Shown here: positions 34,501 through 46,729 of the stretch, in pieces
Layout: every line of letters begins with the position of its first letter
Numbering within the stretch: the first letter of the stretch is position 1
Assembly: GCA_040954595.2 (NCBI GenBank)
Contig: CM082596.2
Coordinates: 4,482,081-4,546,080 of the forward strand
DNA: 64,000 nt
Direction: 5' to 3'
Origin: Balanoglossus misakiensis
Taxonomy: Eukaryota > Animalia > Hemichordata
Translations under genes and position numbers: made by a program
Notes under the pieces: generated by a model
Databases searched by the model: none
Told to the model about the DNA's origin: nothing
Seen by the model: only the letters and a program-made list of their open reading frames with translations

Positions 34501-37440
34501 CCTGACCTTTTTCATTTCCCTTGCGAATCCTGGAAAATTTCCCCGATAATATCTTTCCCGAAGACACGCTTTTACGCATGGTCTCACCAGCCGGAACTCG
34601 ATCAGATCCCTCGGCGATACGAAGGGAATGTAATAACGCGAATGAGTCCACGCACTGACGGCAAGACAAGACGACACCAGACCAAACAGCGTACACGCAC
34701 AGTTCCTCCTTCACTTCGAGTTTTTCACACTTGTATAGGACGTGACTGTTTTCTCAAAGAGACAGTACTATCAACAAGAGACGGTGTTATTTTGACTTTT
34801 CTAACCGCACTGTTTAATAAGTTTGTGTTACTGCGACATTTCCAGTCGGTGACCGAAAATTGACTGATTTGCTTTGACAGGGGCTGGTTATCACTTAAAT
34901 GAAATCTAAATATAGCCAGAGAAACAGGCTTAGGTGAAGAAACTATTAAATCCAGCACGAAGATTTGATGTAGAAATTAAAGGAACTCTGTAAGGGCGCT
35001 GTCACTGTGAATCTGAAGTTTAGTGGGTTTGCTGTAATGCCTATTGGGATAGGGATCGATAAACACAGATCGAATCCAAAACCTGAAAATATGATGGCAG
35101 ATCCCTTGGAAACGCAAAATAGCCCCTACATGTTATATTCACAAACCACCGTGAGCAAACTTTCAACCTGACCTGTGCTAAAAAAAAAACCCGCACCGTA
35201 TCAAATGTACAAACTGATTGAGATGTGCTGCATATTAACGAACTACTATTTCGTGGTCCCTGTTGGGAGCCGTATCAGTTTCCCATGCTCACATCTTGAT
35301 GGAAAATTAAATATTGGGCTCTCACTGCGCAGTGGATAACGGTAAAATATCCGGCTAGGCGTTTAGAAAACCCACAGCTAACAGCGGAGATAAGCTCAAT
35401 TATACTGTGGGTGATTTTTTTCTTGAAAATATTATCCAGAAATAATTTATTCATAGCTAGTTGATACCTTATTACTCAATTCTGTCATTCTTGATAACCT
35501 TTAAATTTTCTATCAGATTCATATCTAATCAATTAATTATTACTTGACGCATTTAACAAGAAAAACTAGGGGACTAATTTTTGCGTATCTGTTACCTCAG
35601 ATCAAACTGGCGGATGTCGACGACGTGGACAATGAAGAGCCGAGGTGTGAAACGTCGTATGATTGTGAAAAGGCGATGATGGCGAAGTCTTCGAAGAAAG
35701 TGCAGATGCCGTGCGTAAAAGGCGCATGCCACGGATTCAATGAAAAGCTAAACATATACAATGCGCATAGATTTTTCTTCAGTTATTTGCTTCCCTTTGA
35801 AGTGCCCAGTGCAATGAGCAAACTGGTCGACGAAGTCTTGAATAACACAGGTATGTAAATTAGTGCCATATGTTTACAATCAAAATTTGCTCCATGAACG
35901 TTCCAGGTTTGGCTACATATTTCACAATTGCTTGTGGTCAGACGACATTTTGCACACGGGTATTATCAAAGAAGAGACGCGCATCAAGCCTGCTCATCAT
36001 GCTCATCTGCAGCTTGATCTAGTTTCCATGGCGACGTCAACTCACGCTCAATTTCCGTCAAGCCCACTTTCCAGATTAACGTTCTTCTCACGCCGTTTTC
36101 TAATTTGTACTTCCCAATGCCTTGGAAACAGATGCAACAACAGATAACGGGTCGAGTTTTCTTTTCCGAGATAAAAACACACACGCCACGTCTCCTGAAA
36201 TCTGCATTGATTGAAGCCTGACAACCATTTTCTTGCTTCAAACGCGGAGCTGTTCTAGTTGTGATCTGGCAAATTACATCGACAGTGTGCCGTGTAGGAT
36301 ATGCGACATCACCGCGGGGGTTACTTCAAATTGAACATTAAAATACAATATACCGCTAGGGGGGTTATATTAGATTATGTCTGGTTTTTCACCGGTGCCC
36401 ATCTGTGAGTCTTGTTAATGGGACTTAGATTAATCAAAATCACATTTGGCTATTTACTCGTTCAAAATAAACACTGCCGCGTTTCAACTTTCCCGCATAA
36501 TGAAGTAATTCGATTTGTCGATGTACCAACATGACGTCATCACTCAAAAGGACACAGACATCTCCAGTAAATATACAGAGCTCTGTAATTTAGTTTACTG
36601 CGGTACGATCGATGTTACAGGCTGATATTCTGAATTAAAAATTTCTGGACAGTAATATCAGATTTCCTTTCTGCGCAGAAGTAATATTCGACTCCAGAAA
36701 GGTCGAAAATAACTATTTGGAAAATATGATCACAAAAATATTTCATTAATTTTTTTTTCTCAAGGTACGTTTTCTTGGGATACCGCCACCTTGCTACAAA
36801 AAATGGAAAATATAGTCGATATTTACAGGCGCGGTGAATATCTACAAGCACAACGGGAACAGGACCAGCAAGCCAAAAGGCCGGGTAATATATATCATTT
36901 AAACTATTTTAAAACCAATTTACGATTATCGTAAATGAATTTAGTGGATGTTCAAGGAACTAGGCCTAATTATTCGTTTATAAAATATATGGGAAAACAT
37001 TAATAACCCCGTTTAGAACTAAATTTAATTGACCAACATTTATGTTTCAATCAATACGGCCGCCATTTTCTCCCCTTGCAGTTTATCGAGCGATGCCAGG
37101 CATGGACTTGTCGGGAAAACACGACTACCGTTGTCTGTTGTCACATTCCGGGGATGGATGTACATTGACCGCCTTCGATCAACAGGAAGGCGAGGACTTG
37201 TGCACAGAAGACGCTGAATGCCGTGCTTTTGTCATGACGTCACAGAAAACGTGGTCAGGTAAGTGTCATGGGGCAGGCACAGGTCGAAAATTCAAAGTAG
37301 TCGCTGTTTTTGCTAGCGAAAAGTAACGACCCCCGTTTACTGTTCTATCCGACACAGGTCGCAAGGTGATTTACTTGAAGAACAACATCAGCGAGCCACA
37401 ATCGAATGAGGGCACCACCCTCTACATCAGGGTCACGTGA
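28573..37440 (+). CDS. PKDCC: Extracellular/secretory tyrosine-protein kinase PKDCC (VLK/SgK493), 7 coding exons, ~519 aa
   Basis: Exons: 28573-29280, 32731-32844, 34371-34478, 35601-35850, 36765-36884, 37082-37258, 37358-37440; total 1560 nt, GT-AG, phases consistent. Motifs GCEALANV..IGIGYTK, ALKSV..GHD..C, KLLKEITLL.QLQH.NV, TELGTP...LLQQSWEDRFR, HHL..SP.G....DF..QFV, KLADVDD, C-terminal DYRC...CRAFV...TWSGR match vertebrate PKDCC. Probable 5'-UTR intron 28103-28423; AATAAA at 38091. Confidence 0.93.
33940..34265 (-). mobile_element. 5'-truncated Penelope-like retroelement (3' end of GIY-YIG ORF plus 3' terminal region)
   Basis: Minus strand 34250-34194 encodes NLVDMGLNRDYGFMSHYK*, matching the GLNRDxGFMSHY-type C-terminus of Penelope GIY-YIG endonucleases, followed by a pyrimidine-rich UTR and a hammerhead motif at 34019-33979. 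Boundaries approximate; no TSD seen. Confidence 0.75.
33979..34019 (-). ncRNA. Minimal type I hammerhead ribozyme (Penelope type)
   Basis: Minus strand GCAU CUGAAGA A GGGGAC UACAU GUUCCC GAAA GC UU AUGC: core CUGANGA and GAAA, 6-bp stem II, 4-bp stem I (GCAU/AUGC), palindromic AGCU in place of stem III; predicted cut after CUU, between 33983 and 33982. Confidence 0.8.
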
Positions 37441-38167
37441 TCCGGCGCATGGTTCTCGGTATTTAAAGCCAATGGGTGCATGGGTGGCCGTGAGTTGCTA
37501 GAATTTCAGGACAATCTGTGTTCCGAGTGTTAATCACTCCAGCAAAACATTGACGTCATCTTGCTGTTCATGTTACACAGTGTAAGTACAGCGTGTTGAA
37601 GACAGAAGTCTATCGCGTAGCATCTTCCAGTCTGTGACCTGTAGGCCAGGAGAAATGTTGAAACAACGCACAATCTGTCGTTGCCATGGCGTTAAGAAAA
37701 TTGACATTTTGGGAGTGATACATCATGTCAATGACCTGGATTTGCCTGCTTTCATAGGGTTAATGCGGGAGCTAACTTCTTTGGCATTATCGAACGGCAA
37801 GGAGAAGTTATCTTTACAACTTCTCCAATGACTCCAAACAGATGCAATATAAAAGAAATGTGACATGACACATTGATGACATGTCGAGGGATCATCAGAT
37901 GTCTATGTTGTTTGCTTCAGTCGTGATGTCATTTTATGCAGTGGTGCATTGCATCGTCGTTATGGCATTTATGCCAACTCGAAGATTACATGTTTTTTTG
38001 TGTGGAAATTCTATTTATTATATTTTAAAGAACAGTACTGCTAGAAAATTATCTATGAAAGAGAGTTTGCATACATAGAGCCTGCTGCGCAATAAATATA
38101 CTAATAATAGAGACGTATAAATAATAAAAGCCCTATAATTAAAATGACAAAGTCGTTTACTTTTGAC

Positions 38168-38242
38168 ATTATTATTATTATTTATTTATTTGTTTTTGTT
38201 TGTTTGTTTGTTTGTTTGTCTGTCTGTTTGTTTGTTTGTTTT
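38168..38242. repeat. Compound microsatellite (ATT)n-(TTTA)n-(TTTG)n
   Basis: Directly visible simple repeats just downstream of the PKDCC polyadenylation signals. Confidence 0.85.
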
Positions 38243-41076
38243 TAACCAAGTTTACAAGAGGACGTATCTGGTAACCGCGGTTGTTGGCATGTTTTTCGTT
38301 TGACAGCGCTTTTGCACATTATGTTACCGCGATCGACGGGCTTCAGAAGAAACATCTGTTTTCATATTTTCTTTGGCCACGGGCAAAGAGAGGCTCTTTG
38401 TAATTTCTCTGCTTCGATCGGAAGTGTGGTAACATGAATACCGGTTGTCATCAGAGCCGTGACTCGGTTGTAATTGTTCCCCGTTTCGTGTCCAAGCGCC
38501 GAAAACACGACACGTTGGAGTGCCTATTGAATCGTTTTTGTAACAAAATCCCGACACCCTGAAAACCGGGCTACGTAACAAGGGGGGTCTTTGTCTATTC
38601 GCTTTGTCAACAGTCAGCCAGGACTAAGGATGCGTTTCAACAAAATCAAGATTTACCGTAGATGGCGCCATACGTTGTACAAAGACGTACTTGGCTCCCA
38701 TAAACCACTGCGCGGATAAAGTACATGTGCTGGTATCTACGGCCTCGGGAAATACTCAAATAGCATGTGATTCTGCTAACTCACAGCCCCTCGGGGGTAA
38801 TAAACGGTTGCTATGACTACTTTTTAGACCGGGATGATTCCAAAATGAACTTGGATGACGTTGATGACAATTTTGCGAAATGTCAGGTGGCACCTTGTGC
38901 AGACGACGATGTTTATGTTGACTCACGTGCGTGGCCTATGGGGGTTCGTTTCTACCTCACACACGGATTCACCTGAAAGCTTGATTTTTTTCGACGTACC
39001 AAAACTTCCCTGAAGTGCCTACGCTGACGTACAATCGAACATTCCTGATCAATATAAAACTACAAATTTACAAGTTCCGAGGAAAATGACAGAAAAATGG
39101 TACTTACAGACTGAGGATGTGCACAATGGCGGCTGCAGGCCAGGAGAAAGGCACCCTTGATTTATGTACATTCTCTTCAATGAAGCTACCAAAATCTTGG
39201 AAAATCCAGTCCATATCGTAAAAGCTACGCCCTTCGCTTTCGCTTGGGTGTCGGAACGTGCTCCATGGGTAATGAAAAGCTCGTGCTCGTCGCTACTTTC
39301 GGCCATGGTGTTTGTCTGTCGAAGGTTGAGTTCCGAATGATGATGGAAACGTGGCACCTCAATGACCACGTGACAAATGCCCTGGTTGACAAGTATCCAA
39401 TCGAAATGAGTCATACACCAGGTGTATTTTGCGACGCTTGTGATTGGTTGATGTGGTTGAGAAGTTGTTTAGCATATATCAAGATCACAGATGTTGCGAC
39501 GTATTGTAAGCCGGATAATGTACTCGTGTCGTGCAATCGTTCAGATATTGAACGACACTCGGGCCTGCGAACATTGTCACTCATCAGTTGTTTGGGTGGG
39601 GTACCGATTAAGTCTGTGATTTGAAAAAAACCTAAATATAGACATCTTCATTGGCGATATCTCAAGTACATGTATAAGTGTTACGAGTCCCTCTTAAAGA
39701 TTACGCGTAGTCATGGTGATGTAGATGTCACAGTTCCTCCATACTGTGAGCAGGCCCATACAGTTCGCTGGTGAAGGAGTTTTTGCTAGTGTTGGCACCA
39801 GATGGCGCACTTCATACGCACATTATCTCCCCCCCCCCCCCCTTCTCTCTCTTCTCTACCGTTTTTACACTGCCTGGTATTACTTTTAATGACAATGTAC
39901 CCCCCCCCCCCCACACACACACTCATCCTTCAAACCAAACAGCAAAAGCTCGGTATCATGAAGTTGACCAACTCTTTTACTAGACTTAGCATTGGCATTC
40001 TACATCTCTGGCACAGTTTGAATGGAAACAATCTCTCCCGGACACGATACTAGTAATCTAAACACTGGCACAGACACCCTAAAATTACCATGCATACATT
40101 TTGATTTTCTTTAATTGTTCCATTAAATGAAAGACAGACCTGATAATATATGTTGAAATAACGTACAGCACCTTTTAAGTGTATGATTGTGTATGTGTTA
40201 CATATGAACCTTTCAAGTTTCTCTATCTTTTAAATTAATACAAAAGAGACATTTTTCCTTAAACTGCACCAGAATTTATAACTGCCTAAATGTGTATAAT
40301 ACAACATACAAATATTGTGAATATGCGGTTAATCAAAGACAGTTGTATTTTCAGAAAACTGATAAAAAGCAACACAAAATGCAGACAAAATTTCATACAT
40401 TACTGACCTAGTAAGATAACTTAGGAACTCCTTAAAATAAGTACCCCTAGGATGATCAAAAATGTGTTTTTAGTGAGTACCCCTAGCTTAGGAGTAGGTT
40501 GATAATATTTGTCAAGAGATGAGTACCCCTAGCTGATAAGAAATTCCATAGAAATGTAGAAAACAGGTTTGAGCGTTTTTGTAGGTGTACGTCTTTGCAG
40601 CAATTTCTAGTTATTTTAAGAATATCCAAAAGTTAACCATGTTACTTTGGGCAAGTTATGCAGCAATATTATTAGCATTGTCTGCAGTAACAATGTCAAA
40701 TTTTATAATATAATTCAAATATAAGATTTTGCGTACTGTGTCCTTTATAAAAGAAACCATTTTTGCATAAACTTTCTACATCATCATCAGAATGAAGCAA
40801 AAACTACGCGATAAATTATTAATTGACGTCTTAAAGTACAATTTTATTAAACTTGAATAAAATTAGTGTGTTGCGGTGGTTATACCTCACATCTACACTT
40901 TCTCTGCTGACAATGATTGTGAACTACAAGACTTTGCATCATGTTGGCAAAATAAAATGAAAATATATACACATCAAAATTTTAGGACCACTATGAGTTT
41001 CATGTTATTGTCCAATAGCTGGGAAAAGAAGGAAAAACAACAAACAATATAATCAGAGTAATAGTACCACTGGCAC

Positions 41077-41402
41077 GAGGGCTCAAAATTTGCAGTAGTC
41101 ACATGCCAACTGACTACCAATTGCTCCTTACTGAATACTAACTAGTAGTCACCATTGACTACCAACAGATGCAGCCATCTCAGCGTTGCTATTGAATAGG
41201 CAGAAAATTGCACTGACATGTGTTTTACGGACAGGCATACATGTTGGTGAATAAAAATACACTGAACTCCTTTGATTTCACAAGAATATATTTTACTTTA
41301 TACAATGAAACTCTGACTACCAAGTCTGCATGGCTGACTATTAGTTTATGAATGTGGTGGTCACAACTGACTGCCAAGGTAAAATATTAATTCCAAGCCG
41401 CT
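41077..41402. mobile_element. Degenerate hAT-like MITE with internal TGACTACCA repeats
   Basis: Left end GAGGGCTCAAAATT, right end AATTCCAAGCCGC (decayed CAGGGCTCGAAATT-type inverted repeat); TGACTACCA-like/GTAGTCA motifs repeated in both orientations near both ends. Confidence 0.45.
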
Positions 41403-42172
41403 TCCACGTGAATGGGTCCAACCACGGCCACAGAAAACAACCCGGGCCAACCCACAGTGGCAGTGAAACTGAAAGTGCTGTGATTGGAATTTGAACTTTC
41501 TTTTAGTGAGAGTCAAATCCAATACTGATCCATCTTGAGACTGTCACTGATCATATAACACAACCTCTGTGTGAAATACAGGCGAAGTGACTACAGAAGG
41601 CTGGGGTACAGCAGTGTGAGCCAAGCAAAAATATCCAGACAAAATACACAGGAATTTATCAAATATAAAAAAAATCCCGCGTAAAGAAACCCCAAATTTA
41701 ATTTTTAAGAATGTTGTTTTTAAAAACAATGATACCCCAAAACTTGCCAGATTTCTTCCCAACCCATCAAAAAGAATACATTCATTAAAGCTGTGTGTAA
41801 TACGAGATCTGTTTGGGGAAAAGTCCTATGCTTAATTTTTTATACAGAAAATGTCCAGCTGGAACAACATGGTTCTATTTTATCTAGGTAGCATGCCAGC
41901 TATTACAATATATACTAATTATACAATACATCTGATGTGCACCAGACATTCATTGCATTCAAACTATTTAAATTCATTTAAATATATCACTAAATTGGCG
42001 GATAAATTTCGCTGTCATACAGTCACTTCGATTTCTGAATATCAACTACCGTGGTGATATATGAAGATGTTGAGTCGCACGGATGGTGTTTATGTGTCTA
42101 ATGTCAATGTAATGTCATTACGAACCAGTCTTCATCGTGTCTTTATAAATATTTGATTCTGAGCGACATTGT

Positions 42173-45100
42173 TTATGAAACAAATCCTCTCTTGGATGGT
42201 GGCACAAGATGAGGCGGCAATTCTGTGGGTAAGTCGTGTCCTTCGAGTTTGACGCTGATGAGATGTTGCGCCAGTCCGAACTCCTCGAGATCCAGCATGC
42301 CGTCCTTGTCCAGATCCGAGAGCTTCCAGATCTTCCCCAGCACGGTGTTGGGCAGCTTCGACTGGATCATGTGCTTCTTGGCGACGGCGCCGGACACTTT
42401 CCCGTTGACGGGGTTCAGCGTGTTGAACGCCTGCTCGTAGGTGTCAATCTCCCGAGTCACGATCCACTCCTCGTGCTCATTCTTGCCGAAGTCGGCGCCC
42501 TCGCCGTAGCCCTGGCCGAACGGCGTGGTGTCGTTGCCGAACGCCCCGCCCCGCACCGCCGGCTCCTTGGACACCACCGCCTCCTCCGTGGGGATCATCT
42601 GCATCAGTCGGGTCATGTCGTTGCCCAGCATGTGGTCCACCCGCTCGATCAACTTCGGCTTGAGGTGGTTGAACTTGGTGAAGTCGTGGTCACGCAGCAT
42701 CTCCTTCATCTTGTGCACGTCCGGGAAGTCGCCGGGCGATATCTGGTGCTCCCGTTGCAACTTGCGGTAGGTCTCGCCCAGATTCTGGATGAGCTCCTTC
42801 TTTTTGGAATCCTTTCCGAACATGGAGGGCATCTCTTTCCGCAGAGAGCTGATGAGGTATGCATGGACCTGGAGAAGAGAGACAGAAATATCTCAGTTCA
42901 GTGGTTCTTCAACTCACAATTAACATCCACAATAATAACAATCATGGCATTCTTCACATGGCCGTCTCTTGGCTATGGTTATTTTCAGCAAGGTCAGATA
43001 TGTTTAATTTTGGGAGGATCTTGGAATTGTATAGTCTGTGGGAAGGTCAAAGAACTTCAGAAAACTAATATGTATGAATGTTTGTTTTGACATTATTCAA
43101 GGCTGACATTGTTTCTAAAATTATCGATGATGAGTCACTGTGTTCATGTGATTGTGAAGAGACTTGTGCTGGGTATCTATTGGCAAAGTTCCTGTGTTTC
43201 CTGGTATGGTTCACAACAGCAAACACGGGGTGGGGTGGGGGGGGGATTTCTATCTTTCAACACACACAGAGAAAAGTCAGAGGTCCATATGGACTCGGGG
43301 CTGAACCCATGATTTATTTATAGAACAGCAAAGAAGCCATTGTTGAAGTCTGGAATGCGAGTGTTAGGGAAAGATTTCCACTTGAAATACTTGCGCTCAG
43401 AACAAAATGACCTGGGCAATTACTGTCAATGGGGGGGACCACACATCCCACCACTAACTGCAGTATCAAACCACAGCCACAGTGCGGTCAATAGTTTCTT
43501 ATTTCCCAAATTCTTCCTGGTTGACTGGGACTTTGTGATGTCTGAACGGACAGTACAAGACATCCTGCAGTTTATGTAAGAGGGCGGAAATGGGACAGGA
43601 AAGTGTCAGAAATGTGATATCAAGGAATTGAATGCAACGAGGAAAGTGTCAGGAAAGATATGCCTCCCAAAACTGTACGTGGCTCTTTAACTTCACTTAA
43701 ATTCCCATCATCTTCCCATTTTTCTCTGGATATTTACAATCAAATTGAGGATATGTCGTCTGTTTCAACCTAGGAAAATAAAGTGCTTTGTATGTACCAA
43801 GGTTGGCAGTCTGGTCATCATACATTGGTGATGCCATCATCGAGGGCAAGTTGGTACATACTCTAGATCAACAAGCACACAATGGTTCTGGAAATTAATC
43901 ATTTCTGTATCCGTGCACCTTTCTACTAATGATCAACCCCCTGTGTTACTCCTTAACCAGCATTTCAATGGTGATCTAATGACAAGTGTTGACCTCAGCT
44001 GACCCCCTTTGGTTGTGGATGGGATCCGCCCCTATCATTATAAATACACTCACTCAAGGTCCAACTGGACTCCCAAAGTGTGGCTGACCTTGTTTCTATA
44101 ACTGTCTACTATAGCAAGAGCCATTATTCGAATGGAAAACTAATCAAGCACACAGCTGAGACAAAAGAATAATGAATTTTTCCATCGTGTACCAACCAAC
44201 TTCCTTGTTTAACGCTATAAGTGTTTGTCAGTCTAAGTGTCTACGTCATGTATTTTATTTCCTCCTGTTGCACTATTACTTACAAGACGTGAAGTTACTG
44301 CCGATATTACTTCTAAGGTCATCTTGGAAATCCTTCCACGCCCAATTTAACGACATCCCAAGCAGTTGGATTTATCAAGCGCATTTCAGATAGCAGACTT
44401 GGCAGGGTCAAGTAGGAAATGTATTCATTAACTGGTTCAGAATAGAACACTGCTCATCCGATCTGAATTTGCTTATCGGCTAAATTCTCTTATTATATAG
44501 CGTCATGTCTAAAAAATTTACTCTTTTCCCCCCTTCTTTAATAATCAGTCTTGCATATTTTGGGTGATTTCATCTTAATTAATCCTATATACTGCTTTCC
44601 CTAGCAAACTGGTGTTTTACACAAATTGTTGCAATTATATTGAAGTTCAAAGATAGATGTGTGCAGACATGTAGTCAGGGGTCAAATTTGGCCACTTCAT
44701 CCATTTTAGCCTATAACTGTTTTGACCTCCGACAAACATGTACATCAGCTGCAATTTACATTCAAGGTACATTGTAACAACACGTCAGTTATAAATGGTT
44801 ATTATAAATATTGAATGAAATTGAATAGTCATTGTTCTATCAATGTGACAACTGACCATGTACAATGTGACCTGTGACTTACACTGAACAATTAACCAGC
44901 GGACAATAGAGATTTGGCAATTTGACCAAGGTCAATTTACCAAACAGTAAGGACATCAAACAAATTTAAAAACAACAACATATTTTTCACAAATTAGTAT
45001 TCTATCTATTTTTATCGACATACACGAATCAGTCATTTCACCACCCCTATCCACGTCTCTGTATACCGGTCGAACCCACAGCAAACAGCAGGGCTGGACC

Positions 45101-46507
45101 AAACTGTTCAGTATTGAAGGGGTGAAAGGGTAGAGGATATGGCACATGAAGTACAGGTGTCTAAAACCCAACACACAATGGAATGACCGTTCAAGCCCCC
45201 ACACAGGTCACGACTGGTGTTAAACACACACCAAACAGGAAACAAAATTTCTCCCTACATTCACAGGCAGGCCATGTCACGATGAAACCTGACTCATTGT
45301 CATAATAATATCCCCTTAATTTTGTAACAGATGGTATTGAACACACTGACTGGTATGTGGGCATATTATAAACTATTAGAATTTACATAATACACATAAC
45401 ACCACTGTAAACCGTCATGGCTCACCAATTGTCATGATACAGGGGTGATACCTGCACATTTAAATTACTTGTGACCAGGGCTTCTTCTATGGCCATTGTT
45501 ACTACAAGTAGTGATACATTTCACAATATCTTTGTTTATATCAATTGTTTACATGTATATTATATTATCAAATTTTAGCTCACCTTTGCCAGTCGAGCCC
45601 TCTTGATTAAATCATTTAGTTTCCTAAGAGCGGCATTACGGGGTAGACTCTGTATTTCTGCAAACAAGTCCTGCTCTTCGGCTTCGAACAGACGCCTGTT
45701 CATGTCAAAGTGCAACGGCTTGTCCCAGAACGACCCGATGTAGACACGAGACACCTCGGGGGTAGCCAACACTTTGCCAAGGGACCACATCAAGGCGCCG
45801 TAGACCCTCATGAGTTGCTGGTGATCAATCATGTCAGCTTTGTTCAGCACTATGCGGATTTTGTCGTCGTTGCCTCTCAGGACTTCTATGATGCGTCGAA
45901 ACTCGTCAGAGATGTCCAGTTTGTGGGCATCAAAGAGAAGGACGATACGATCGACACGTTCCGCGAACCACTCCATGACGGCCGTGAAATCGTACCCTCG
46001 ATCGACCCGTTGCTTCTCGCCCGCTAAGATACCCGGCGTATCGATTATACTGATGCTGTCCATGACAGGGCTATCAACTTGAGAACACTGAAATCGGTTT
46101 AAGAACGCATTTCCAAATCTGGACAGCGGTCGGAATTGCTTTTTAGGGTCGACAACGAGGGCGTTACCCGGAATTGTCCCTTCCCTGCCCTCGCTGTCGC
46201 ACTTCATGACAGCGATGAAGGAATCTGTTGTCGGCTCGGGACCGATCCTTAAACCAGGGAAATCCTTTTCCAGTAAATACCTGATGAATGTCGTTTTCCC
46301 GGTAGAGTACTGTCCGACAAGGAGTACCATGGGTTTGGCACTGAAGTCGGGGTCATCCAGAGCCGGCGAGTGAAAATCATGGAATTTGTAATGTTCCTCC
46401 AACGGCAAAACCGTCGTCTTGTACACGCTTCGTAACCCGTCCGTCACAGAACTGAAGACCTGGGGCTGCTTTTTACGACTCTCGTCACTTGACAACCAGG
46501 AAAACAT
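42173..46507 (-). CDS. EHD1: EH domain-containing protein (EHD/RME-1/Past1 dynamin-like ATPase; likely pro-orthologue of vertebrate EHD1-4), 2 coding exons, 539 aa
   Basis: Exon 1 46507-45584 (MFSWL..., P-loop GQYSTGKT, GPEPTTD, IIDTPGIL, FDAHKLD, NKAD, ...ARLAK|GTGAG) and exon 2 42868-42173 (VHAYLISSLRKEMPSMFGK..., EH domain SKLPNTVLGKIWKLSDLDKDGMLDLEEF, LPPHLVPPSKR); 1620 nt. Confidence 0.96.
45034..45130. mobile_element. Diverged relative of the short piggyBac-like MITE, in the EHD intron
   Basis: CATTTCACCACCCC ... GGGGTGAAAGGG termini like those at 2735-2817; TTAA flanks not preserved. Confidence 0.45.
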
Positions 46508-46594
46508 GATGATTCTGTGTAGCTTTCTTACTCTACAGCCGAAATACCGAAGACTTTCTGGTGAGGACACGGCCGGTGGATCGAGCTCCAATGT

Positions 46595-46640
46595 CGGAAG
46601 TGGAGTTTCAGGTGACGTCACCAGATTTTCTGCGCATGTC
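46595..46640 (-). promoter_or_regulatory. EHD proximal promoter motifs (ETS, CRE, NRF1-like)
   Basis: CGGAAGT (46595-46601), perfect palindrome GGTGACGTCACC (46611-46622) and TGCGCATG (46631-46638) clustered ~90-130 bp upstream of the EHD ATG, a typical housekeeping promoter motif set. Confidence 0.5.
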
Positions 46641-46659
46641 AGAATAGCCTCGTATCAAC

Positions 46660-46729
46660 TAGTCTCGGTTACCCAGACGCCTTTGCTTCTTCCGATGCCG
46701 ATGCAAAGGCGTCTGGGTAACCGAGACTA
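46660..46729. mobile_element. 70-bp hairpin MITE with 27-bp perfect inverted repeats and 9-bp TSD
   Basis: TAGTCTCGGTTACCCAGACGCCTTTGC (46660-46686), 16-nt loop, GCAAAGGCGTCTGGGTAACCGAGACTA (46703-46729), flanked by identical CGTATCAAC at 46651-46659 and 46730-46738. Confidence 0.92.

Noticed and set aside
28573-37440. Kinase as POMK, which would form a dystroglycan core-M3 pathway cluster with B3GALNT2
   Set aside because: GxGYTK, the intact ALK lysine, GHD..C, KLLKE and the C-terminal CRAFV domain are PKDCC features that POMK lacks.
42236-43090. 284-aa plus-strand ORF and similar ORFs at 45710-46082, 6060-6713 and 28635-29183
   Set aside because: Antisense or alternative-frame shadows of GC-rich coding exons, with no recognisable domains.
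46508-46621. 38-aa N-terminal extension of EHD shown in the ORF track
   Set aside because: It starts at a GTG inside the promoter CRE; the family-typical N-terminus MFSWL begins at ATG 46507.
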